64,000 bases of DNA from Carcharhinus longimanus (lineage: Eukaryota). Positions 11,901 through 24,202 of this stretch are shown here, one piece after another. Within the stretch, counting starts at the first letter, position 1; every line of letters begins with the position of its first letter. A program made the translations under genes and the position numbers. The DNA is taken from contig JASCQW010000081.1 in assembly GCA_030264375.1 (NCBI GenBank), positions 65,912,529 through 65,976,528 on the forward strand, in the 5' to 3' direction. The notes under the pieces were generated by a model. It did no database searches, was not told the origin of the DNA, and saw only the letters and a program-made list of their open reading frames with translations.

Positions 11901-14900
11901 AAACCTCACAGGAAATTAGTAGTCAATGAAAAGCTATTGTTAAAATCTTTTGGTTCATTATTTTGTCATAGCTTCAAACATTTTATTAAATTGAAGCAAT
12001 TTGAAATATTGATACAAAAAAAGCTCAAAATAGCATTTTCGATTGGGTCAATTTGCAGTTGCTGGTGAATTTAAGCATTAAAATTGCACGGCAACATTTT
12101 TCATGGCCTTTTAGGTCAATGCACTGGCATGGAGACATCTAGTTTCCCTGAAGTAAAGGTTTTCCATTAAAGTACAGATAGGCACAAAGCCAAAAGAAGT
12201 GCTACCTACCTCTGCTGTCAATAGTGTGAGGACGTGGTAATATCTCAAGTATTTTGATCTAGATCCTAGTCCAAGGGTGAGTAACTTTTTTTTTACCCAA
12301 ATGCATTTTTAAAAGAAATGTCCAAAATAAAAATATTGGCGTCCACAAGACAAAACAGCATTTCTAAACCAAATAGATGGCAAATTGTCAAGTGTCTCTG
12401 GGAAAATGCACGTTTGCACGTATAAAATACATGTATTGATTTTGTACAGATTAGAAAAAAAAATCAGAACTTAAGTCTGAGTTATTGTGTTTTGAGTTTT
12501 AAAACTCATTTTGTCAATCAAGTCTTTTAAAGCAATCATTAACTAAGTAGAATTGAGACATTTTTTAAAGCTATTCCTGTGACCTAATAGCACATTCAGA
12601 ATCATTACAGCTATAAATCCTATTCCACAACCAATTATGGTGTTGCTATATTGCTTTGCACGTTTGTTTAAATTATATTTTTTGTTAAAATTATTATTTG
12701 AAATTGTGAACTGCAGAACAATGATCAGCTTTTTAATAAAATTATGAGAGCATGAATAATGAGACATGGCTGTGTATGGTGAGTGAAATCAGGTGATGGA
12801 CTTCATTTTCAGACTACTTGATATCTTTCTATTTCATATCAAAGATATTCTGAAACAAAGTTACGCGTAGAAATGGTGGATTTATTTTGACAGAGGCAGA
12901 GCAGTAGTTGGCAGCTGTGTATACTTCCAAAGAATTATCCTTTTTACAGCAAAACAACCCTGTATGGTCGTCACTCTAAACCCTGGCTTATTTTTACTGG
13001 GTAAAATTGTACTTTTAATATATTCACTGGAATGGTTATAGATTTCAGCTATAANNNNNNNNNNNNNNNNNNNNNNNNNNNNNNNNNNNNNNNNNNNNNN
13101 NNNNNNNNNNNNNNNNNNNNNNNNNNNNNNNNNNNNNNNNNNNNNNNNNNNNNNNNNNNNNNNNNNNNNNNNNNNNNNNNNNNNNNNNNNNNNNNNNNNN
13201 NNNNNNNNNNNNNNNNNNNNNNNNNNNNNNNNNNNNNNNNNNNNNNNNNNNNNNNNNNNNNNNNNNNNNNNNNNNNNNNNNNNNNNNNNNNNNNNNNNNN
13301 NNNNNNNNNNNNNNNNNNNNNNNNNNNNNNNNNNNNNNNNNNNNNNNNNNNNNNNNNNNNNNNNNNNNNNNNNNNNNNNNNNNNNNNNNNNNNNNNNNNN
13401 NNNNNNNNNNNNNNNNNNNNNNNNNNNNNNNNNNNNNNNNNNNNNNNNNNNNNNNNNNNNNNNNNNNNNNNNNNNNNNNNNNNNNNNNNNNNNNNNNNNN
13501 NNNNNNNNNNNNNNNNNNNNNNNNNNNNNNNNNNNNNNNNNNNNNNNNNNNNNNNNNNNNNNNNNNNNNNNNNNNNNNNNNNNNNNNNNNNNNNNNNNNN
13601 NNNNNNNNNNNNNNNNNNNNNNNNNNNNNNNNNNNNNNNNNNNNNNNNNAGAAAACAAAAATAACTGACGTCAACACTCGTAACTAACTTTTCAAATAAG
13701 CTTGTATTGAAGTGTTTGAATATGAGTATGGTGTGGAAAAGATCACTATAATTGCCATTACCACTGTGGTGAAATATTTTCACCTTGAGGTAGAGAGCAA
13801 CGAAAAACCATTTGACTTTTCTAGGAGATGTGTTCCCAAATACCTCACCATCTACTTATTGTTTCAGCTGTATTTGTGGAAATTACTCAAATCTTTAACA
13901 GGAACAGATAGGCAAAATGTAAAGATATGCAGAATGTCACTGTAGTTTAAAACTGATAACTACCTACCTTTGATCAGCAGGTGTCTGTTGGAGGTTCACT
14001 ATTAGCTTACAATGTGTAGTAATTCATAATAAACATATTTGCTGTCCTGAGAAATTTCTAATATAATTGGTGAGTTCCTTCGTAATGCATGGATTGGAGA
14101 GGACCTAAAGTGTCAGATTTCCAAGTACCTGAAAATATTTTTCTGAGACATTAAAATGGTAGGAGACCATGGTGAGTTTAGGAAAGGCAAAAAGGGAACA
14201 TACTTCATAAGAGCACCATACCAGGCTTTCTTCTTTAGATCACAATCATGTTACGTCCGTTGTCAAAATACCATAAACGTATTAACCAGAATTTTGCAGT
14301 CAGCAAAGCACTTGTCACTGACTTCCAAGAGAGCTGCCAACAAAAATCTGATGATCTCTGCTGTGGATTTCACCTTTCCTAAAATTAATTTGAATCCAGT
14401 GCCAAATCAAGGTGGTCTGCAAGTGAGAAGGGATAGTGATGTTAGCTAGTGTGGTAAGTGGCCATTCACATGAAAGTGTTTCCATAGACAGCAAACCAAC
14501 AAGTGAGTTGCACAAATCATCCTTCATACTTTTATAACTGTCACACAGAGAAAAATAAATGATTGTGGCAAGCACATTAGAAACTGAAATAACAAGCTTT
14601 TTTTTAAAAAAAATAAATTTGGAATTGTTGAGGTTGGGAAACAGATGGCCTTACAAAAAGTGTTTTCCATGGCCAGAGTATTTATTGGGCTTAAATTATG
14701 ACTTTTTATGTTATTAAATGCCAGGTTGGACTTCATTGACAAAGTGAGGAGGCCTTGTTTAATTGCAATATTGCGGCATGAAAGGAGATGTTCTCATCAA
14801 TTCAGTGATTTCTAATTGATTGCAGTCTGCGAAAGACGTCAGCTTACCATTTGAGAAAACATTGAATTGCCGCTTGCAACTTCTGGGTTTCCATGTTTAT

Positions 14901-14966
14901 GCATGTGTGGAATCCAAAATTTGCTGTCAGTTTCAGGGGAGTAATGATGGTGCACAGTGGCAATTT

Positions 14967-15222
14967 CATAAGAACATAAGAAATAGGAGCAGGAGTAGGC
15001 CATCTAGCCCTTCGAGCCTGCCCCGCTATTCAATAAGATCNNNNNNNNNNNNNNNNNNNNNNNNNNNNNNNNNNNNNNNNNNNNNNNNNNNNNNNNNNNN
15101 NNNNNNNNNNNNNNNNNNNNNNNNNNNNNNNNNNNNNNNNACACCCTCCGCACAATTTGCCTTTCCCCCAATCTTGGTGTCATCAGCAAATTTCGACACC
15201 CTACACTCGGTTCCCTCAACAT
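14967..15222 (-). mobile_element. Young CR1 LINE, collapsed over a 100-N gap
   Basis: Tail cataagaacataagaaataggagcaggagtaggcc; reverse ORF VEGTECRVSKFADDTKIGG. Confidence 0.85.
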
Positions 15223-15659
15223 TACTATTGCAACGTCTGAGCCCTTTTGATACAAATTCTAAAATTGTGTAAACAGTTTGCAGCAACTTCTGAAGCAGTT
15301 AAATTCTAATATTTATTGCTAGTTCTTCATAATATTATTGTGCTAACTTGCCATACTGCCAACATGAAACTGGACATAGTGATTCATGGCTGCTTTGTGT
15401 AAGGTATTTTTGAGTAATTTGAAAAGTAGCAGCAATCACTGCATTCCATTCACATTTTAGGTGTAATTACATATTTTATAGGGCCCTCTAGTTAGTGGCA
15501 TTTACAATTGCTGTAACCACTACTGTGAAGTGTCAGAACACAGCACAAGGAAGAAATAAAATATGTGTAGCAGATTCGAAGACAGATATTGAGGATTGCT
15601 ACATTATATTGAATTTGGGGGTCTCAATGAAATCTCTCATAATGGCAAATTCCTAACAG

Positions 15660-16280
15660 CTAATGCCAACTTGTATTTGTGTAGCACTTCAGTGTAATAT
15701 AACTTTTCAAGGTGCTCCTCAGGAGCGTTATAAAACAAAGTATGATACTGAACCCCAAAGGAGGTATTGGGTCGGATGACTAAAAGCTTGTAAGTTTTGA
15801 AGAGCCTCTTTGAGGAAGAAAGCAAGGTAGAGAGATTATGGGAAGCAAAGTAGGGAGGTTATTGGGGAATGATTTGAAATTGTAGTACCTGATGTAAAGT
15901 GAGTGCAGGAACTAAGTGACAGAAGCAAACTGGTACAAATCAAAAGCCTTCATGTATATCAAATATGTTGAGGCCAAACTAGTTTAATAAAAATGATGGC
16001 TTCTNNNNNNNNNNNNNNNNNNNNNNNNNNNNNNNNNNNNNNNNNNNNNNNNNNNNNNNNNNNNNNNNNNNNNNNNNNNNNNNNNNNNNNNNNNNNNNNN
16101 NNNNAAACTAGTTTAATAAAAATGATGGCTTCTGATTTACAATGGTGATGTCCCTTGATTTGAGAGCCTGGGGCCTAGACAATTGAAATACAACCACCGA
16201 TTGTAGAGCAGTTATGATTAGAAATGTGCGCAAAGCCTGAATTAGAGGCACACAGATGGAATAAAAGGGTGTGGGTCGAG
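15660..16280 (-). mobile_element. L2-like 3' end split by a short repeat
   Basis: Matches, in reverse, the L2-tail copy at 44050-44350 (cctggggcctagacaattgaa vs ttcagctgccgaggccctaag). Confidence 0.5.
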
Positions 16281-16714
16281 AAGCGCTTCATATATTAACA
16301 TTAAATTAGTGTACCTAATCATTTTCAGAACAGATTCAAGAACATTCCAGTCATACTGTGGTATCATAAGTTGTATTTGAGTATATGAAACAACCTACCA
16401 TTCAGGTTTAGCAAAGAAATTGAACATGTAAACTTGTTAGTGCCAGATAGCCAAATTATATAATGTAATTGAACCTGAAGCCAGGACATACAACCACGAT
16501 TTGCAGTTTGAGAATTGGCTAGTTGAGTCATATGAAGACCCATGACCCAAACTCCCATCTCTGAATCATCCTTAAATCTAGGGACAGCATCGCTGTCGAC
16601 CTCAGGCCATCTTTTTATTAAACTAGATTGGTATATTTGATATATATTAAGGCTTTTTTATTTTGACTGTTTGCTTCTGTCACTTAGCTCCTGCTCGTGT
16701 TTCATATCAGGTAC
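15885..16714. repeat. Inverted pair of ~115-bp repeats (15885-16004 and 16601-16714)
   Basis: gtacctgat..ctaagtgacagaagcaaac..ctagtttaataaaaa vs its reverse complement. Confidence 0.85.
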
Positions 16715-17311
16715 ACTTAATACCACCTTTAAAATTTTTCCTGTGAGTTTAGTCCAAGTTGGCCTGCACTTCCCTCAGCTGACTCCAGGTAAAGTTTTGC
16801 CTACAATTTATAGCTTGTACAAATGAAAAATGATTAAAGAAAACGTTTGGTTGTCTCTCCCTCAACTGACGATGCCTACTAACAAGGTTGGTCATGTAGC
16901 AAAGGAAAGATTTTACTGTTTCAGAAATGTGAAACTTTGAAATTCCAATTGGCCATTGGAGAGGAGGCAGTTTCTTCTCTGGTTGGCTGGCCCTACATGT
17001 GATAATTTATTCTGCTGAGATTCAAAGTTTTTTACTGGCATTTTTGAAATTGTCAATCAGTTCTCCATTCCCCCACTCCAGCCCAAACTGCACCCCAGTA
17101 CCACCAAAGTTCTTTAAAGACAGTGAATCATGCAACTGTCTTTGCCTAGAAACCAGCAGCTCATTTGTGGTGTTCACCCACCCAACTCACCATATGTGAG
17201 CATACTTGTGTGTAAGCCTCAGTGGTGAAGATACTTCAACTGAGCTCCTGTTTTGGCTCCTAATCATTTTCTGGAAATTATAGTGAAATGCAGATGTGGC
17301 TGTTTGTTGTC

Positions 17312-17481
17312 GACAGGATTGAACTTGGTTGTGATTCATCCTGAGTTTCTGTTTGGTGAGGACAGGATTGGACTTGGCTGTGATTCATCCTTAGTTTTAG
17401 TTCAGTGAGGAAAGAATTGGACTTGGGTTGTGATTCATCCTTCGTTTTGGTTCAGTGATGGACGTGGCTGTGACTCATTCT
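17312..17481 (+). repeat. 49-bp minisatellite, 3.5 copies
   Basis: Units start 17312, 17361, 17410, partial 17459; core ggacttggctgtgattcatcct. Confidence 0.9.
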
Positions 17482-18167
17482 AATTGAACAGCCTGACACG
17501 TGGTACCACGATCCATCCATACAGAATAACTTTTTGGCAGGGAGCCTGGAACTGTATCACAGCAAGAATTAAACACTTGCAAGGTAGGTGGAGTATAGAG
17601 AAAGGTGGCTGAAAACCTTACGAATGAACTGCATTCCTGTGGTTTCTTTTCAAATAATTATAAATTTGCTGTTTATTATTGATTTATCCAAACAAAAGGG
17701 AACAAACTCCTTAAGTGCTGCAGAAAACTTTTTATTCACAAGTACCAGTACCTCGTCCTTTTACTTGGTGTGCGGATTAAAAAAAAAACTTCCTCAGAAA
17801 TGATGACAACCCTAAATTCTTGTGTCTCTATTCCACTTGGGTACAGACTAACACAAAAGTCTGCTTTAAATTTGCACATGGCAGATAATTTCTTGCAACT
17901 TTTTTTATTGTCCTTGCAGAGTCACTCTAAATAGCTATCCCTTGATGAATATCCTGTTTAGATGAATAATTAATTAAAGAAATTTGTTTAATTCATAATG
18001 GTGGAATTGAGGCAGCCTGGGTGTTGATCGGTGTAAGTGTGTTTCTGATTTGTAGTTGAGCTTACGTCAAATGTAATTTCCTATTAAATCTTGTTTGTGA
18101 AAAACTGTCCTTCCTTGCAGGAGGCGGCTGGTTCTGAGGGCGATCCAGGCTGTGCCAGACTCGATGA

Positions 18168-18329
<162 letters not shown>

Positions 18330-18971
18330 TAGCGTCATTGTCAGTATTTTTGCCCTGTTTGCCTGTGCTTTTTCTTGGGCTGTTGAGAGGATAGGTTGAT
18401 AAGCTGCTCTCTTATCCTCTGAATGCTGCTATTCAATTGGAACTATGTTCATTCACCTACTCATTTCTACTTTGGCAAAGTACCTTTCTTCCAAGTTCTC
18501 CTGTTGCTACAGTGGAAATTGAGAATATACACACCATACTATGAATCCATAACTTCCTGGTTCTTGAATTAACACACTGCAGCAGATGTGGCTTGTGCTG
18601 CCCAACAGTTTTCATAATTGGTACCTGAAGGCAGTTCATATAATTCCTTGAAAATTAAAAAGCAACTGAAAGCATTGGACCACAGTTCAACTTTTAGATT
18701 ATGTTTAGATGTTATTCTTGATATGAAAGAATTATAAATTGTTGCAGAACCTGACCTATGTTCAGATTTTGCTGAAGAGAAGCATCAATTAACATTCTTG
18801 TGGCCAAATAATGCTGGCAGTTACGACTAGTTCTGAGCAGAAGTCTGCACTCAGTTTACTTGTAATTTAGTTATGATGCTAAGAGAAATTGTGTGAAAGT
18901 AGTTGTGTTTTATTACATACCAATTACAAATATGAAGTCAGGAGTGCAAAATGAAGTCCCACACCCATTAG

Positions 18972-19217
<246 letters not shown>

Positions 19218-19714
19218 TAGCATCTTATTTCATGAAGTACGCAAACTATAGAAATTAATGAGTTTTGATTCCAGTTTGTAAACCTGCTAATCTATTTACT
19301 ATAAACAAAGTTTATTGTGCTTCATATTGCAAATGCAGTTGTGTATGCAGTCAAGTGTAGCATTCTTTAGGATAGGCCATTGTCACCTGAAGGCGGTGTA
19401 TCACTGACATCCACAATTTTGTCCACCTTGGGATAAATTGGTGAGATGTACAATAATTTTTAAGAAAAATCATGAATAATATGTTATGGTACAGATAATC
19501 AAGAATTCTGACAACGCTGTTATTTCAGAATGTTTTTAACATTGAAATATGAAGCTAGAGATTTTATTTGAAGTAAAGTAGTTGAGAAGTCATTTACTAT
19601 AAATGTTTTAAATTTGCCTTCTTAAGGAGATCTTTAAATAAAACTAAAGGAAAATTACATATTTGGCCAAAGCTAATGTAGTAATTGTCAGAATTAGTAT
19701 AATTTGTTAAATAT

Positions 19715-19972
19715 CCATCATGGGATGGATAGGATAGAGGTGGAGAGGCTCTTCCCACTCAGAAAGGACAGTAGGACTAGGGGGCACAGCCTCAAGNNNN
19801 NNNNNNNNNNNNNNNNNNNNNNNNNNNNNNNNNNNNNNNNNNNNNNNNNNNNNNNNNNNNNNNNNNNNNNNNNNNNNNNNNNNNNNNNNNNNNNNNCCAT
19901 GATCTTATTGAATGGCGGGGCAGGCTCGAGGGGCTAGATGGCCTACTCCTGCTCCTATTTCTTAAGTTCTTA
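19715..19972 (+). mobile_element. Young CR1 LINE 3' end with gap
   Basis: GMDRIEVERLFPLRKDSRTRGHSLK; tail is the reverse complement of 14967-15040. Confidence 0.85.
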
Positions 19973-20058
19973 TTTGTCAACATTTAGTGGAATAGACTTG
20001 AAATTTCTCTATCATTTGTTTTACATGAGAGAACTAATAATAAAAATTGTGATTTCAG

Positions 20059-20192
20059 TAACAGTACCACTGAAGCTCAGGTGCAAGAAACACAGCAGTC
20101 CAGTTCAGACCCCCCAGCTCCAAGCACACAGGAGGCACCTGTTGTGAAATCCTGGGCCCAGCCCAATAACAAGCATACTGGGCAAGGAGACG
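20059..20192 (+). CDS. PRRC2C: PRRC2C coding exon
   Basis: SNSTTEAQVQ...QEAPVVKSWAQPNNKHTGQGDG; phase 2 to 1; donor GTAAGC. Confidence 0.9.
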
Positions 20193-20904
20193 GTAAGCAT
20201 CTGCAAGCTGGAATGAGTCAATTGCTGACTTTGGTTGTGTATATTATGTTTGTTGATTAATCTGCTGAATAATATTAGAAGCTTGATGGGTGAATGCTTG
20301 AGTCGAAGTTTCAAAATATTTGCAATGGTACAGTATTATTATTTGTGATATGGATGGTGGGAGCAACCTCTTTTTCTCTTGCCCCCGTCTAACTGATCAA
20401 TTTGTTCTTGATCACCTGTCTCATTCTTCAGTCAACCACTGAAAAATGTACAGCAACACCTGGTAGCACCTGTTCTTATTTTGCCTTGCTTATGCTCCTG
20501 TGGAAGTTGTCTGATTTCCACTGCTGAGTGGAACATACTACATGGATTGCCCCATTGATCCTTCATCAGCCTACATCACTTGTATTCCTCACCATCTGTT
20601 TACCCTTGTATTATTGAAATGTTTGTTGTATGAGGCACTGAAGAAAGCAAAACATTTATTGACGTTCTCTTACTCACATATGCAGTGTAATATCTTCCCC
20701 TGATTGACCTCAAGGGCAAAATACAGATTTGTTTCAAACTAATCTTTTGACCAACTTAATCTTTTACCATTTCATATTAGGCTATTGCTTTCTGCAGAAC
20801 CTGTCCTGTAGTTAAAGTTGTTTACTTTAAATTGGGTTTTGAAATGGACAATACTTTAAAATAAGTAATTTAACAGACCACTAGTTATTGCATCTATGTT
20901 AGAC

Positions 20905-21532
20905 ATGCAGGCTTGTAAAATAAACCAGACTTGTCTTATAACTGACTTCACAAGAATACCGGTGTCAGGGGAAACAATAGTTTTATAGTGTGTGAGAGAA
21001 CAGTGCTAATTAGTTAGCAAGTGGACTCTATTAAAGGATTGCTATGAACATTGGTGACTGAAAGTTAACTACCAAGCATTGTTTGAAATTTGAACGAGGT
21101 AGCTTGACTCTTAATTGATGAAGGCATTGCCTTGAGGTATGAAGCAGAAAATGGCTTTCACCTGTTTTGATGATCTGAAACAGGCTAAATGTGTGAACAT
21201 ATTTTTTCTGTCTATAAAGAACAGAGCCCTGTGAATTAACATGCACAGCTTCCAGTATACGCACTCATGCCATGCTGAGCCTGATTGACAATCTTAAATT
21301 GGATTTTAGCATAATTTTTAGCTCACTAAGGATTATTTGGCAAGTATTGTCCAATCGTGGAATCACATCTAATGTTGGACATTGTTTTGAGTCTTGCAAG
21401 TTATGGACTGAATGGACACAGTCTGTACCTTGCCCTTGAAGCATGGAAGGGACATGTTGCTTACACCACCAATCTCTACAGTGTAAAGGTACCCTACCTA
21501 GCCTGGTACCGGCACCTAAATTCTTATATCAC
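20905..21532 (-). mobile_element. Penelope-like element, degraded GIY-YIG endonuclease part
   Basis: Reverse strand VI*EFRCRYQAR..KQHVPS..CDSTIGQYL..RILEAVHVNSQGSVLYRQK. Confidence 0.65.
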
Positions 21533-21544
21533 GATATAAAGTTG

Positions 21545-21994
21545 TGGATGTATACAACACGAAAGAAGGGCCTTTGGCCCATTGTGTCTGGCTGGTTAAA
21601 GACAAACTAGCTAACTATTCTAATCCCATTTCCCAGCATTTGGCCTATGGCCTTGTATGTCTAGGCATCGCAAATGCACATCTGAACACTTCTTAAGTGT
21701 TATGAGGATCTCTGCAACCACCACCTTTTCAGGCAGAGTTCCAGACTCCCACCACCCTCTCTGAACCTCCTGCCCCTTACCAAAGATCTATGCCCCTTAG
21801 TCATTGATCCCTCTATCAAGGGGAAATTCTTTTCTTTTCTGTCTATGTCTCATAATTTTGTACGTTTCAATCACGTCCCCTCAGTCTCCTCTGCTCCAAG
21901 GAAAATAACCCCAGTTTATTCACTTTTTTTTCATAACTAAAACTCTCCAGCCCAGGCAACATCCAGGTAAATCTCCTCTAACCCTTTCCAGTCC
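21545..21994 (-). mobile_element. CR1 LINE 3' end
   Basis: Antisense CR1 3' region (gagttccagactcccaccaccctct, ctctgctccaaggaaaataaccccag). Confidence 0.75.
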
Positions 21995-22575
21995 CATGTG
22001 GGTGATATGTTTGCTAGATTTAAATCCAAACAGCACGTAACAATTCCCTTGCATGTCTTAATGGGCTCTATCCTGCGTTCAATTTCACCTTTGAAATGGA
22101 GCAGTCAGATGAACTCCCTTTCCTTGATGTACCAGTTGAGGAATCTACCAGGAGGGTCTCTACCATGGTATACCACAAGCTTACCTTCACTTGTCATTAT
22201 GCATATTGGAATTCCTACAGTTCCATGCACTATAAAATTGGCCTTATTGTCAACTATCTAAATAGGGCCTAAGCCATTTGCTCACCTTGGAAGCTTGATG
22301 ATAGTTGTATCAAAGACATCCTGTGGGGTAAGGCTACCCTGCTCAGATCATTTTGTGCTGTAAACCACATGAGCGGGCCTAAGACCATTACTTTTGGCCC
22401 TGGAAAGTGACCAGTCTACCTCAAATTAGCTTAGAAGGGCAAGGTATTTAAAAAAATGTAAGCAACAGGTGGAGCTGGTTTTTTCATGGTCATGCTATAC
22501 AATATCAGCACAAGTGGTATTAGCCACTAACAGAATGCTACCTGTCAAGCCAAAAAAGCATTCTGTCTATCAGAA
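21995..22575 (+). mobile_element. Penelope-like element, RT/thumb part
   Basis: VGDMFA (YVDD-like), LNGLYPAFNFTFEMEQSDELPFLDV, TMVYHKLTFT, KIGLIVNYLNRA*AICS. Confidence 0.75.
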
Positions 22576-23379
22576 AGAAATGGGATAGGATCTGTATCAT
22601 TAAATATTGGACCTAATTTTATCTGACCGGGCATCACCCAAAGTTCCACAGCTGTTTCTTCCATTGTGAACTTTTGACCCATTATAGTAACAGGAGGAAA
22701 ATAAGAGTCCCTTTTTTTTTTAATCCCGATATTCTTGCTCTAGGTTCCCCACCCATCTCCCTGCCTGTCCACTTCAGCTAGCCTAAGCAGCTCATAATCT
22801 CAATATACTATTCAGTCTAAGCAAAGCATCAAGCTGTAACTCCTTGCTGCACGGCTAGTCTACCTTTTCCCATCTAGGCCAAGTTAGAACATAGGATTTC
22901 ATCTGCAACTTTCCTTTCTTGTACATGTTTTCAAATCCTGTATGACCTCTCGCCATGTCTTTGTAAATCAGTTTCTATCTTTGATTCCATCCTGTAGACA
23001 CTGGTCCTCCAAATACTGGGTTTTTTTGCATCTTCTCCTCAGCCTAACTCAGCATTCATCCATTTCAAAACAAGAAGTGCCTCCTAATTATCTTTACAAT
23101 GTTATTTCTCACAGCATATTTACAAGCTTCCTCCAAACTTCTCCTTTTTTGACTCGGTTCTAATCTTTCCCAACTTGTTTTTCTCCTCAGTGTTAATACC
23201 AAATGCCTTGGGGTATTTTGCAATGTTACAGGCAGCTTGAAAAATGTTGTTAAATTTCAAGTTCACTGATATAAATTTTGCTGCACTTGCCTATTGGATC
23301 ATGGAAATTGGAGAAAATCTATGCTGAAATATGTGTGCTCCTGGCTCCTTATTCTGTGATTTTTTTTTAATCAATTCAG

Positions 23380-23602
23380 GAATCCAATGTTTAAACACAN
23401 NNNNNNNNNNNNNNNNNNNNNNNNNNNNNNNNNNNNNNNNNNNNNNNNNNNNNNNNNNNNNNNNNNNNNNNNNNNNNNNNNNNNNNNNNNNNNNNNNNNA
23501 ACACACACTTTCAGCATGAGTTCCCCAGCCTGCAGGCAGCTGGAGATCAAAAGGAGATACCTGATGACCCACATGGATCTGGACCTAGCTTGCGCCCACA
23601 AA
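23380..23602 (+). CDS. PRRC2C: PRRC2C coding exon interrupted by a spurious 100-N gap
   Basis: GIQCLNT / HFQHEFPSLQAAGDQKEIPDDPHGSGPSLRPQ; EFPSL and GPSLRP motifs; donor GTAGGT. Confidence 0.92.
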
Positions 23603-23917
23603 GTAGGTCTTCGATTTGTACCTTTTTGAATTGTTACCATCTGTTAAATCTCTCACTTGCAGTTTTCTATTTATAGTCTCACATACCATCGTACCCTATG
23701 CCAGTTATCAATTTTTATGACTATAAAATGGGTGGGGGCCCTAAATTTAGATAGGATTTGTCTTTACTAGCATGTTCTTGTGTTAAGAGTTCCTTCAGCT
23801 ATTAACCAAATATATTATAGATTGTGTTACCTGGCACTGCACCAATCATAATGTTCTATTTATTAGAATTTCTGATGAACACAAATTATCAACCAAAAAG
23901 GTTGGTAACTCCATCAA

Positions 23918-24202
23918 GGGCGGCACGGTGGCATGGGTTAGCACTGCTGCCTCACAGCACCAGGGACCTGGGTTCGATTCTCCACTTGAGTCACTGTGTG
24001 GAGTCTGCACATTTCTCCCCGTGTCTGCATGGGTTTCCTCCGGGTGCTCCGGTTTCCTCCCCAAGACATGCTGTTTAGGCACATTAGCCATGCTAAATTC
24101 TCCCTCAGTGTATCCAACCGGCACTGGAGTGCAGCAGATAGGGGATTTTCACTTAATTGCAGTGTTAATATTAAGTCGACTTGTGACACTAATAAATAAA
24201 CA
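23918..24202 (+). mobile_element. Full-length tRNA-derived V-type SINE
   Basis: gggcggcacggtggc A-box, ggttcgattc B-box, V-domain, tail cttgtgacactaataaataaa. Confidence 0.9.

Noticed and set aside
12882-13783. Long ORFs here and at 28289-29179 and 37344-38437
   Set aside because: Consist almost entirely of N runs
15976-16133. 29-bp direct repeat flanking a gap (possible TSD)
   Set aside because: Contig-overlap artefact around a 100-N gap
17312-17481. CRISPR-like repeat array
   Set aside because: Whole units are repeated with no unique spacers; vertebrate intron context
23918-23995. tRNA gene
   Set aside because: A and B boxes belong to a SINE head that runs into the V-domain; no complete cloverleaf
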